IMG/VR virus record: IMGVR_UViG_3300045988_120604
Source of the DNA: a virus
Direction: 5' to 3' (one strand)
DNA length: 64,000 nt
Positions 1 through 9,452 of the stretch are shown here, piece by piece; within the stretch, counting starts at the first letter, position 1, and every line of letters starts with the position of its first letter. The notes beneath the pieces were generated by a model, which worked only from the letters and a program-made list of their open reading frames with translations, searched no databases and was not told the origin of the DNA. The position numbers were made by a program, and so were the translations under genes.

Positions 1-126
1 GGAGACGATGGTAATGTAAATATCTATCCTAATTACCCATATAATGACCTATCACAAGATCAATATAATTATACGTCTGGCAAAAGAGACGAGTTTATAT
101 CCCATCCTTTCGACAAAGGAGGAAAC

Positions 127-3030
127 GTGTGGTATTCATTTTGTTCGCCTGATATTTATTTCAACAAGCCCGAACTTCCAAATGAAGTATGTATAGACGG
201 GTTTCAAAGAGGAATGTCTGTAGGCAGTTTTATACCTGTCGAAGATCATCCAAAATGGACTATCTTAGGTCCTGCCGCTTATACGATGGCTGCGTCACTT
301 GCCGCAGTTGAATCAAGTGCCACAATAGCCGCTATGATAGCAGAAGAGCTTCAGGTAAGGGCTCAGTCTGGATACATAGGAGGGTCGGCTGGTCTTACCG
401 GAGGAGGATTCCTAACGAATTTAAGTGTGGCCATGCTGTTTTCTTCAATGGTGTCAACCATTAGTCAAACTCTTGCTAAGGGCCCGATATTGTACGGTAA
501 GTACCGTTATGATTGGCTTAATACGTTTATAAACAATGGACCAAGACGTAATCATGCATGGTATTATACTTCTGTAGGATTATATAATTCAATGATAGGT
601 ATAACGGACCAGGATAAGTATGAACGAAATTTTGCTCGTGGTTTATCTTCTGTTAAGTACATGAAGTCCGGTGTATATCCTATGATGGATGCCAGTATGT
701 CATCTAAATGGGGAACCGGTAAAAACGATAATGAGGGACGATTCTTATTTGTTAATAATATAGATCGTGAATCTTCGTTATTTTTATCATTTGGTGATCC
801 AGGTGAAAAGGGAGATGGTAAATCGAAATATTTATTGGAATATCCGAACTATGTCTACAACTACGACAGTAGCCGTATAGATGATTCGGTTATTGCTGGA
901 AGAGATGTTGTAGCAGGAAGAACATTCGAGCAATCCAAATCAGTTTCATACATCTGTTCTCCGTATATGAGGCTTATGCGATATAGGCCGGATCAATATG
1001 GTCAAATAGAAGATATAAAATGGATTTCCATAGGTGGATGTGGATTTTTCACTAATGAAAAGAAACTGATGTTCGGTGGTGATACGGTGATAACCAGATT
1101 TTCATTAAAGAGAAAATTTCCTGTTTTTTATAATAGTGCTTTTGGTATTGGAGATATGATACCTTTCCCTTACATGGATTATAGAAATGTAGGATATCCA
1201 AGATATTTTGTTAATTATGATACAGGGGAAGATGCGCTTGAAACCACGGATAACGAACGTTTCAATAGTTGGACATCGTCTAATAAAGGAAGATATGCTT
1301 TTTACCCAAATAGGAAGAGCTTGTATGAATTGAACGGTGACACCTCCGGTAAGTATGTAGATGGCAGATTTTATACATGGTTCTATGGTATTCCTCAGTT
1401 CCTTGTAGAATCTGAAATAAATTGTAATTTCAGATTAGAGGGCCCTCAGCCTCATGAATTATTCTATCCAAAAGTAGGAGATTTTGTTTGGTGGACACAA
1501 GAAAAGAACGTATCTATCCATAGGGACAATGATTACAAGATAAGTCCTATCTATTCATCAAGAATGACATTGACACCTAATGTATTGCCGGCAACATACG
1601 AACGTCGTTTTTATGATTGTGCTTACCAGCGACCTAATGGTGTTATATGGAGTAGGGCTGACGTATCTGAAAACAGTCAAACAGATCCGTGGCTAACGTA
1701 CAAGCCTATGGACTATCATGAGTTTCCAACCAGCAACGGGAAGCTTATTCACATGAAGCGTATTGAATCCGATCAGATTCTTGTCAGGTTCGAGGATCAG
1801 GTTTCACTCCATAACGCCATAGACGTAATCAAGGAGCGCACCTCCCCGGGGCAGGCTGAGATGGGCACCGGCGGTCTGTTCGCGTCCCGTCCTCTGGAGT
1901 ACAACACGACCGACCTCGGTTATTCTGGAACCCAGAGCACTGAAATAATTAGTTCAGAATTTGGTCACTTCTGGGCAGATACTAAAAGAGCACAGGTGTT
2001 TATGACCGACCCGAACGGACGTAATCTTAAGGAACTTAGTGTAGGTGTCAGACATTGGCTTAAGCGTCATCTTCCGTTTAAGATTCTTAGATACGGAATA
2101 ACTAATATCTTAACCGGTACGGAGATGACAGAAGAAGATACGGATAATAAATTTATTGGTCTTGGTCTGTCTCTTGGATGGGATAACAGGTATAAGAGGG
2201 TGTTTATTACTAAAAAAGATTATATACCAGTACAGAATCCGGCATATTATAAATATGATGGTGGTAGGTTTTTGTACAATGATACAGAGATATCATTAAA
2301 GGATGAGCGATATTTCAAGGATGTGTCATTCACTATCGGATATTCTTGTTTGAAGCAAGAATGGATTTCTTATTATTCGTTTTGTCCCGATTATTATATA
2401 GAACAGCAACAATATTTCCAGACAGGAATAAACTTCCCGGCATTAGACGAGGAAGGTGGCTTATGGAGTCATTTGTTGACGAATAAGAGCTTCCAGACAT
2501 TCTACGGAACAACATATCCGTTTATATTAGAAGTGCCGATAAAAGAGAAATATAATGGCTCTACGCTGGCTTCTGTAGAATACGAGCTTGATGCAAGGAA
2601 ATACGTCGATGATGTGAATTACACTCTTGATAGAAAAGTAGGTTTAGATACGATAACTATCTACAACGACACAAACAACTCAGGTGAAATTCATCTTGTT
2701 CCAGAAGAAAAGAATAATTTAGCGCAACGTATATCGTATCCGAAGATCGTAGGCGACCATACCGAGGTTCTGGATACTGAAGTATATAGAAGACATAAGT
2801 TAAACGACTTCTTTAATAGGGTTGACGATGACCGATCTGAAACACCTATCTGGATCAAGGACGATGACGATATAAATAAGTCAGTTAATCCTGATTCTCT
2901 TAATTTTAGACGGTCATGGCTTGATAGGTTGCGTGGTAGTTGGATGCTGATGAGGATAAAGAAAGTAATTAGCAACCGGAAAATTATATTCCAGTGGTTG
3001 ATTTCTGAAGATAAGATTAAGAATAGATAA
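127..3030 (+). CDS. Large virion/structural protein (967 aa). The frame is open back to window position 1, so the true start may lie upstream; GTG at 127 is preceded by aaaggagg.
   Basis: Long uninterrupted ORF. SD-like aaaggagg lies 6-13 nt upstream of GTG 127. Composition is Y/W/N/D-rich and beta-type. No recognisable catalytic motif. Confidence 0.6.
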   Translation: MWYSFCSPDIYFNKPELPNEVCIDGFQRGMSVGSFIPVEDHPKWTILGPAAYTMAASLAAVESSATIAAMIAEELQVRAQSGYIGGSAGLTGGGFLTNLSVAMLFSSMVSTISQTLAKGPILYGKYRYDWLNTFINNGPRRNHAWYYTSVGLYNSMIGITDQDKYERNFARGLSSVKYMKSGVYPMMDASMSSKWGTGKNDNEGRFLFVNNIDRESSLFLSFGDPGEKGDGKSKYLLEYPNYVYNYDSSRIDDSVIAGRDVVAGRTFEQSKSVSYICSPYMRLMRYRPDQYGQIEDIKWISIGGCGFFTNEKKLMFGGDTVITRFSLKRKFPVFYNSAFGIGDMIPFPYMDYRNVGYPRYFVNYDTGEDALETTDNERFNSWTSSNKGRYAFYPNRKSLYELNGDTSGKYVDGRFYTWFYGIPQFLVESEINCNFRLEGPQPHELFYPKVGDFVWWTQEKNVSIHRDNDYKISPIYSSRMTLTPNVLPATYERRFYDCAYQRPNGVIWSRADVSENSQTDPWLTYKPMDYHEFPTSNGKLIHMKRIESDQILVRFEDQVSLHNAIDVIKERTSPGQAEMGTGGLFASRPLEYNTTDLGYSGTQSTEIISSEFGHFWADTKRAQVFMTDPNGRNLKELSVGVRHWLKRHLPFKILRYGITNILTGTEMTEEDTDNKFIGLGLSLGWDNRYKRVFITKKDYIPVQNPAYYKYDGGRFLYNDTEISLKDERYFKDVSFTIGYSCLKQEWISYYSFCPDYYIEQQQYFQTGINFPALDEEGGLWSHLLTNKSFQTFYGTTYPFILEVPIKEKYNGSTLASVEYELDARKYVDDVNYTLDRKVGLDTITIYNDTNNSGEIHLVPEEKNNLAQRISYPKIVGDHTEVLDTEVYRRHKLNDFFNRVDDDRSETPIWIKDDDDINKSVNPDSLNFRRSWLDRLRGSWMLMRIKKVISNRKIIFQWLISEDKIKNR

Positions 3031-3166
3031 ATTACAATATTTAATAAGTTGAAAATAAGTAGTTTTTATTTTGTGATTTAATAATAGTTGAATGTATTTG
3101 TAGCGCCTATCTGTCCGAGATGGATCGATAGGCGCTTATTTATTAACAATAAAATGATGTAAAATT

Positions 3167-3916
3167 ATGAAAAGTAACGTGTTATTGCAATCAGAAAGCA
3201 GAGAATTGTTGGGTAGAAACATCTCTGTTATGTCAAAAGACGGTTTTGTGTGTATAACAGAGGTAATGGAAGCTTTGACTGAAAAGAGGGAAAAACATGG
3301 TTTGGCTCCAAAAAGATTAGATGATTTAATGAGTACAAAAGGATTTCAAGAGAAAATGTATGCTTTAGTTAAGAGACTGAATATAAACAATATATGTACT
3401 GCGGTAAAAATCGCAGTACAAAAAAACGATCTGTGTATTAGCAAGCCATATGATCTTAAAAAATATCATATGGCTTACAGAAAAGGAAAAGGAAAAGATC
3501 AGAAATGGTTTGTGGATCCTTATTTCTTTGTAATGGTTGCATTGGAATTAGATCCAGATATATATGCGAGTGTGGTTATATGGCTTACTAATGGCCTTAT
3601 CAAGAATAGAAATATGGCAGGTGATGCTTATATAAGAACATGTAAATCTGTAGGATCACTTGTAAAAAATAAAAGCGAATTATCCGATAAGATAAAAAGG
3701 ATAGCAAAGGCTATTAATTTTATTGTATTCAATAAACATGAGGATGGGATAAGAAATATGGCAACGGAAGAACAACTTAATGATATAACAGAATTAGAAA
3801 TAGCCATAAGTTCAATAATAGACGGAGGATTTATAGCAAATTACAATGATCTTATATCCTATTTAGGTAAAGAGTGGAAAAAGAAATGGGGTAATCCGAT
3901 TATGGCTCTAAATTGA
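3167..3916 (+). CDS. KilA-N (APSES-type) DNA-binding domain protein
   Basis: N-terminal ~100 aa looks KilA-N-like. The C-terminal half is paralogous to ORF 41160..41927 (shared ...MVALELDP.IYA.VV.WLT..LI.NR...GD.Y / NFIVFNKHE..IRN.AT.EQL). Confidence 0.5.
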   Translation: MKSNVLLQSESRELLGRNISVMSKDGFVCITEVMEALTEKREKHGLAPKRLDDLMSTKGFQEKMYALVKRLNINNICTAVKIAVQKNDLCISKPYDLKKYHMAYRKGKGKDQKWFVDPYFFVMVALELDPDIYASVVIWLTNGLIKNRNMAGDAYIRTCKSVGSLVKNKSELSDKIKRIAKAINFIVFNKHEDGIRNMATEEQLNDITELEIAISSIIDGGFIANYNDLISYLGKEWKKKWGNPIMALN

Positions 3917-4029
3917 CATGCTTTTTCTTACGCAAGAAGGTCTTCGTAAGAACTTAAATAAAATAGCCGAAGGACGAGTAGCATCATTCTTCGGCTATTT
4001 TATTTACCTTTGTTGAAAAACAGATTGTT

Positions 4030-4443
4030 ATGAAACAGGTATCGTATAAAAATGACATATATCCTTACAATATAAGGGTATTGCTTGGAGCAGATGAAGA
4101 GTATATAGTTAAGACGTTCGCCAACCTGGAAGTAGAAGATCAGAGCTGGGAGGGATGGACTGATGATTATGGTGGCAGAACTATTTTCGTAGGAAACCGA
4201 ACCAATCACAGGAAAGAAATATGTTTCTTATTTCATTCACTGTCTGATATGGATGTGAGAACCATAGGGCACGAATGCCTGCATGGTCTTTCTATTTATT
4301 GTAAGTATCTTAATATGGATTACAGTTTTGAAGTAGGAGGAGATGAGCATGCCGCCTGCCTGATGGGATGGTTAGTTGATAAGGTTTGTGATGCTTACCA
4401 TAAGTTCAAGAAGGAGGAAGAGAAAGATGACAAAGAAGAGTAA
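4030..4443 (+). CDS. Small putative Zn-metallopeptidase-like protein (HExxH)
   Basis: Motif HECLHG (HExxH) with a downstream GGDEH; acidic C-terminal tail. Its 3' end overlaps the next gene. Confidence 0.4.
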   Translation: MKQVSYKNDIYPYNIRVLLGADEEYIVKTFANLEVEDQSWEGWTDDYGGRTIFVGNRTNHRKEICFLFHSLSDMDVRTIGHECLHGLSIYCKYLNMDYSFEVGGDEHAACLMGWLVDKVCDAYHKFKKEEEKDDKEE

Positions 4444-7399
4444 GTCAGATTGGAAACCTTCAGAAAATATTCTTAAATATTTGAAGTCGTGGGAAAAATT
4501 TAGGTCAAAACCGTATGACGATGGTGAAGGAAATATTACTGTCGGATACGGATTTAACTTGCCTCACCTTCTTAAAAAATACAAGAAGGGTATAACGGAA
4601 GAGCAGGCGGACAAAGAATTTGCAGGCGTAGTAAATACGTTCGTTCCTGAGTTTAGGAAACTTACTCCAAACTTTGATAGTTTAAATAATAATCAGCGTG
4701 ATGCTCTTTTCAGTTTATACTACAATGCCGGTGCTGATACTTATATGAAAAGTCCTATGCTATTCAAATATCTTAAAGAAGGAGATTTTGATAAGGCGGT
4801 TAAGGAAATAAATCATGACGAATGGAAAGACGACATGGAAGGCCAGAAGAAGCGCCGGGCCTTCGAACGCCGTGTGTTCTCTACGCCGACAGACCAGCCT
4901 TGGACGGTGGATGACGACAGTAACTACGTCCTGGTTGAAAACAAGCCCGTAGAGGACAAATCTGTAGGAGAAGGTACTGATGATCCAAAATACGAAGACG
5001 CTCGCCATGTGGAAGCTAAATATGGTTATACAGGTTATGTGGGTAGAGGATATGACGGAAATAAGGTCAGGGTATCTGATTCGAATATGAAATCAGTTGG
5101 CATATCCAATAACGCTGATCCTGATAAGTGGTATGAATCCGTTAATCCAATATTAGACACTGATCCTATTAGTTTGATTGCCGATTTTATTCCTACTGTA
5201 AAACGAATGTTGGATCCTAATAGGGAGCGATCAGGGGAAGATACAGCCACAGATTTTGAAGAAAAAATGTGGAAGGCTTACACTGACGGAGATATAAGTA
5301 GGCTGCCGGCAAGCAAGTATCGTTTTGATGATGATGATGATAATGCTCAGTACGTGGGATTGCCTCAAGAACAAGCCATTTTGATACAATCTTTATTAGA
5401 TAAAGAATATATAAACAACATGCTTGACGAGGCATATAAGGATGCTGATGAAAAAAGTAAACGAAAAATAAGAGATTATAAGAAGGTCCTTGATAAACTA
5501 AATAAAAATATATTTGAAAATCCAGGAAAATGGATTTTAGTAAATGAAGGTGTAAGTCCATTTAGAGAAGAAGTATATGGTGACAATTTTGAAAAAGTAA
5601 ACGAAGCTTCCGGATTAGGTGCGTTGAAGAATTTCAGTGTAAGATGGGATCCTGATGCCGGTATGTTAGATGTGAAGGATGATTATGATTTTAGTCGAAA
5701 GAAGATAGCGGAAGACATCATACCGGAAAGGGATGTCCCTCTTAGAATAAGGGAACGTATCAAATACGATCCTAAGAAAGGTAGTGTGCTTCGAAATAAT
5801 GACAAGGCTTTACCTAAAAGGTTTGTAAGGAAATACGAAGAAGGTGGAGAAGCTAAGTATTGGTGGAGCAATCCAGACAAGAGAGATGAGGTTATAAAAA
5901 GACAAGATGACAATGGGGAGTGGCAAGAAAAGAGGAGGAGATTACTTGAACAAGCTCATTCAGATCTTGAAAAAGGTGAAATTGATGAGGACGAATTTAG
6001 AAGAATAGCCGGGTTTTCAAATAGTGAAATAGGAAATTTGATAATATCCAAAGATGGAAACGGGGAAGAAATAGGAGCTATTATAAATAATCTTTTAGAT
6101 TCCATAGATATAGATAAGGTAAAAGAGGGAATTGATGATGCTAAAGAAGAGAGGGAGAACAAGAGCAGGGAGGATGCTTACCCTTATAAGTTAATGGCCG
6201 AATCTTTGCTTACACTTGCGGACGTTGCTTCTTCTACACCAGGAATGCTCAGATTATATAACAAAATGGGATTAAGGTTGATGCCGATTCTTAAGACAAT
6301 AGCAGAAAGTAGCAAAATACAAACCATAGCTGGATTGTCTAATGTGGGTGTTGACGGAAGCCAGATTGCCTTAGATCCAGAAGGAGATAATACTTTTAAC
6401 TACGCCGGCATACTTGGTGGAGCCGCCGAGGCAATAGGAGGAACGAATGTGATAAGGAATATGTCTTTTATGGGAAGATATGGGAATAGGGTAGATGATG
6501 TACTTGATATTGCAAATCCTATTATATCAACATTAGGTGTAGTAGATGATGTAAGTAAGATGAAAGAAGGTGGAGTAATTGGCAAGCAGCGTGAAGCATA
6601 TGAATACTTTACTAATAAGAGAGGTATGTCCAAGATACAGGCGCTTGCTATCATAGGTAATCTCATGGCTGAATCCGGTCTTAAAGATGACATATATGGA
6701 GACAATAGAACATCATACGGCATACAGCAATGGCATAATGAACGCATGGATAAGTTATTCAAGCATGCCAAAAAGAAAGGTCATTCTACACCCACATTCA
6801 AAGACCAACTTGAGTTCTTGGCTGACGAATACGAAGGGAAAACCGGATATTCTAATTTCTTATACACAAGAAAAGGAAAAGAAGGACCAGGGTATTACAA
6901 CTACAGCCGGCAGGATTTTATGAACGCCGATAACCTTAAAGATGCTGTAGTAGCTTGGAACCAAGGAGCAGGACGTCCTCATAAAAGCGTGATACGAAAC
7001 GATGACCGTTATAACTATGCTATGGAGGTTGCTAAAAATCTTGGTTTGGATATTGAAGAAAATCCCGTATCTTCGTATGGTCAAATGGGATTCGGAGATG
7101 ATGCTGAAATAGCAGCATCAGTAACACTTCCAGAGGTAGAAGTGGCAGCCGCCCTCCCTAACCCGGAAGCCCCGTCCCAGGAGGAACAGTCCGAGGAAGA
7201 GAGATTCCGTACATGGACTGAAACGTATGGTAAGGACATCATAAATCATTTACTGACGTTAGACGGGAAAAAGGACAGTGATTACAGCATGATGTATAAA
7301 CAGCATGAAAAAGAAAGCGAAGAGGATAAGAAAATGGCTTTGATTAATGCCGTGCTTCCCAATATACAGCTTCGCATTAAAGGCGTCACTGATAATTAG
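4427..7399 (+). CDS. Virion-associated peptidoglycan hydrolase: N-terminal GH24 lysozyme-like domain, acidic/coiled middle, C-terminal phage-tail-lysozyme-like domain
   Basis: N-terminal WEKFRSKPYDDGEGNITVGYGFNL aligns with T4 lysozyme [24 protein letters not shown] (Glu/Asp/Thr positions conserved). C-terminal IQALAIIGNLMAESGL...SYGIQQW matches the phage tail lysozyme signature. The likely start is ATG 4427, preceded by aaggagg (the ORF track starts at 4376). Confidence 0.65.
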   Translation: MTKKSKSDWKPSENILKYLKSWEKFRSKPYDDGEGNITVGYGFNLPHLLKKYKKGITEEQADKEFAGVVNTFVPEFRKLTPNFDSLNNNQRDALFSLYYNAGADTYMKSPMLFKYLKEGDFDKAVKEINHDEWKDDMEGQKKRRAFERRVFSTPTDQPWTVDDDSNYVLVENKPVEDKSVGEGTDDPKYEDARHVEAKYGYTGYVGRGYDGNKVRVSDSNMKSVGISNNADPDKWYESVNPILDTDPISLIADFIPTVKRMLDPNRERSGEDTATDFEEKMWKAYTDGDISRLPASKYRFDDDDDNAQYVGLPQEQAILIQSLLDKEYINNMLDEAYKDADEKSKRKIRDYKKVLDKLNKNIFENPGKWILVNEGVSPFREEVYGDNFEKVNEASGLGALKNFSVRWDPDAGMLDVKDDYDFSRKKIAEDIIPERDVPLRIRERIKYDPKKGSVLRNNDKALPKRFVRKYEEGGEAKYWWSNPDKRDEVIKRQDDNGEWQEKRRRLLEQAHSDLEKGEIDEDEFRRIAGFSNSEIGNLIISKDGNGEEIGAIINNLLDSIDIDKVKEGIDDAKEERENKSREDAYPYKLMAESLLTLADVASSTPGMLRLYNKMGLRLMPILKTIAESSKIQTIAGLSNVGVDGSQIALDPEGDNTFNYAGILGGAAEAIGGTNVIRNMSFMGRYGNRVDDVLDIANPIISTLGVVDDVSKMKEGGVIGKQREAYEYFTNKRGMSKIQALAIIGNLMAESGLKDDIYGDNRTSYGIQQWHNERMDKLFKHAKKKGHSTPTFKDQLEFLADEYEGKTGYSNFLYTRKGKEGPGYYNYSRQDFMNADNLKDAVVAWNQGAGRPHKSVIRNDDRYNYAMEVAKNLGLDIEENPVSSYGQMGFGDDAEIAASVTLPEVEVAAALPNPEAPSQEEQSEEERFRTWTETYGKDIINHLLTLDGKKDSDYSMMYKQHEKESEEDKKMALINAVLPNIQLRIKGVTDN

Positions 7400-7432
7400 A
7401 ACAATTATTTTATTTCTCATATTAATAAAGCG

Positions 7433-7506
7433 AAGCCGGATTTGAGACTCGTTATGCGGATACCAAAGGTTGAAGAACGATATCAAGATAATCCGGCTTT
7501 TTTATA
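7433..7506 (+). terminator. Long hairpin (stems aagccggat/atccggctt, 49-nt loop) followed by a TTTTTT run; terminator or small structured RNA
   Basis: 9-bp perfect stem arms at 7433-7441 and 7491-7499, then ttttttat, immediately downstream of the stop at 7399. Confidence 0.4.
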
Positions 7507-7535
7507 CTTCGTAACGATTACAATTTGCAATGATA

Positions 7536-7879
7536 CGAGCTAATGATCCGAACCTACGCTTGGGCTAACGCTATCCTGCCTCACAACACACGACGGCCTC
7601 TCCTACCCGCCTGCCTGCTTATCTCGTGGCTACTCGTGAAACTGTTATCGCTTCTCTCAACCTCACTCCCTTCGGTCGATTCGGTTTCAATCGCTTTATA
7701 TAGATATCGAGCTAATGATCCGAACCTACGCTTGGGCTAGCGCTGTCCTGCCTCACAACACACGACGGCCTCTCCTACCCGCCTGCCTGCTTATCTCGTG
7801 GCTACTCGTGAAACTGTTATCGCTTCTCTCAACCTCACTCCCTTCGGTCGATTCGGTTTCAATCGCTTTATATAGATAT
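7536..7879. repeat. Perfect tandem direct repeat, 2 copies x 172 bp (2 mismatches, both A->G), relatively GC/pyrimidine-rich, non-coding
   Basis: Unit cgagctaatgatccgaacctacgcttgggcta(a/g)cgct(a/g)tcctgcctcacaacacacgacggcctctcctacccgcctgcctgcttatctcgtggctactcgtgaaactgttatcgcttctctcaacctcactcccttcggtcgattcggtttcaatcgctttatatagatat occupies 7536-7707 and again 7708-7879. Confidence 0.95.
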
Positions 7880-8026
7880 TGAAAATATAAAAATATATTT
7901 TCGTTCTTTCGTATATCTCCCTCCGGTCGATATACTCAATCACTTTTAATATCAATCAGGCTAAAAAGTAAATAGTCGTAATGATAAATTATTAATTGTT
8001 TCGAAATCTCACTCCCTTCGGTCGAT
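7662..8026. repeat. Iteron-like motif ctc(a/c)ctcc(c)ttcggtcgat in four copies (7662, 7834, ~7916 degenerate, 8008) set in AT-rich DNA
   Basis: Direct reading. Copies 3 and 4 lie outside the 172-bp units, in the AT-rich stretch 7880-8160. Confidence 0.8.
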
Positions 8027-8247
8027 TCGATTCCGAAACTATAAAAGTATATTTAAAACAGTATTTATATTTAAAAAATATGAATAACATATAAATATAT
8101 AAAATGAATACGACTGAATGGAGTATGAATGGAATATATAATAGGGGAAATTCATTTATCCTATTATACCTTTAGATAACTTGTCCCACCACTGATGTTC
8201 AGTGACTTACGGGTACGGTACGAATCGGTTACGTTTACCATGCCTAT

Positions 8248-9384
8248 ATGAAACAAAAATCCCTGTATCCTATTTTTCTCAAACCGGATACAGGGTCGTG
8301 CAATTTCTTTACCGTCAGTATGAAAACTTTTCGTATATTTGCACAAAAAAAACAACCAATGGCAAAGATAGTAGAAATGACATATTGCGACAAGCTTCAC
8401 AAATCACTCCTTAAAAAGGAGGCGGTTTCACCCCTTGAGGTTATCTATAATAATCACAATCAGTTAGGCTATAATGTAGTACGCAGACCAGCCGGTCAAT
8501 GTTTAGGCAATTTAAAGTATTTTAATCTATTTTATAACGGGAGATTTGATAGGTGGTACAAAGTTGATGAGAAACAAAGGGTTGGTAAATACTTTGTCAT
8601 CACCGACTACTGGAAGGATCGTGTGCGTTGCTTCATGGTCTGGAACTACGGATTTGGTCGTTATTTCCCGTACAATGATTTTGTAGAGGCTATGGTTTAT
8701 GACTACCGTCGTTTTGGTCGTCTTTGTAATCCTCGTAGCAAGAAAGTTCAAGAAGCTGAAGAAAAGTGTGTTAGGTTTTATGTTAGGTCTCAGATAGACT
8801 TGATGAGAAAGGGTGGATATCAGTCTTTTAGGGCTCAATTCGCAGAAGAGCATCCTGAATATTTCATTGGAAAAGAACGTACCACATTTAGATGTCTTAA
8901 TGGAGCTCTTAGTAGAAATGAGAAGATAGCCGCTTGCCATGCTCATAAAAGAGATCTCAGAACCAACATATTGGATAGCTTTGCTGATAGGATTGCCAAA
9001 CACCCAAGCACGGCATGGTCCTGGTTTTCACATGTAACAGATAAACAAGGTAAAAATCGAATGTGCTTCTCGGAGAAAGCTGTTGCATTTTTAAATAGAA
9101 GGCTCAAGAATAACGGTCTCAAGGAATTGTCTGATTCTTATCTCTATAGATCATTTAGGATTAGGTTATTAAAGCGATTTGATGGGAAATACAATTCTGT
9201 TCGTTCGTTCCTCAATGCGGTGGTGATGTCTGTCTTATCATCAGATGTTATTGCTAAGGCTATGAAGAAAATCCAGAGCCCGGTTGTGTTATCTATATAC
9301 AGGAAAGTTCTCAAGTTGTACAAGAAGAAAGAAAAGGCTGTCAACGCTCCTATAACCAAAGAGGCTCCACCTCTATCATCTTGA
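8248..9384 (+). CDS. Hypothetical basic protein (378 aa; alternative starts at 8320 or 8359), sited immediately downstream of the repeat/AT-rich region
   Basis: Long ORF, basic, Cys/His scattered. No RT, HNH or LAGLIDADG motif. A Rep-like role is speculative. Confidence 0.5.
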   Translation: MKQKSLYPIFLKPDTGSCNFFTVSMKTFRIFAQKKQPMAKIVEMTYCDKLHKSLLKKEAVSPLEVIYNNHNQLGYNVVRRPAGQCLGNLKYFNLFYNGRFDRWYKVDEKQRVGKYFVITDYWKDRVRCFMVWNYGFGRYFPYNDFVEAMVYDYRRFGRLCNPRSKKVQEAEEKCVRFYVRSQIDLMRKGGYQSFRAQFAEEHPEYFIGKERTTFRCLNGALSRNEKIAACHAHKRDLRTNILDSFADRIAKHPSTAWSWFSHVTDKQGKNRMCFSEKAVAFLNRRLKNNGLKELSDSYLYRSFRIRLLKRFDGKYNSVRSFLNAVVMSVLSSDVIAKAMKKIQSPVVLSIYRKVLKLYKKKEKAVNAPITKEAPPLSS

Positions 9385-9431
9385 TTTTTAAATGGATTCG
9401 ATTCCGTTGGATTTTCTCGTTCGTTTCTCTT

Positions 9432-9439
9432 ATCTTTGT
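9432..9439 (+). promoter_or_regulatory. TAtcTTTG, matching the Bacteroidetes -7 promoter consensus TAnnTTTG, 14 nt upstream of ATG 9453
   Basis: Sequence match only. A similar TAccTTTG at 31212-31219 precedes ATG 31242. Confidence 0.25.
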
Positions 9440-9452
9440 GAAAAAAGATAGT

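Noticed and set aside
7543-7740. 65-aa ORF spanning one repeat unit
   Set aside because: It lies entirely within the duplicated non-coding unit and is Leu/Ser/Pro-rich low-complexity sequence. Most likely spurious.
7536-7879. The tandem repeats could be a DGR template/variable repeat pair, since the only two mismatches are A->G.
   Set aside because: Both copies are intergenic rather than in the 3' end of a target gene. No reverse transcriptase (no YxDD protein) lies nearby. Dozens of other adenines are unchanged. Two substitutions are too few to call adenine-specific mutagenesis.
7536-8050. A tRNA gene or CRISPR array in the repeat region
   Set aside because: ggtcgattcgg resembles a T-loop, but I could not assemble acceptor, D or anticodon stems. 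There are only two long (172-bp) contiguous units with no spacers, so this is not CRISPR-like.
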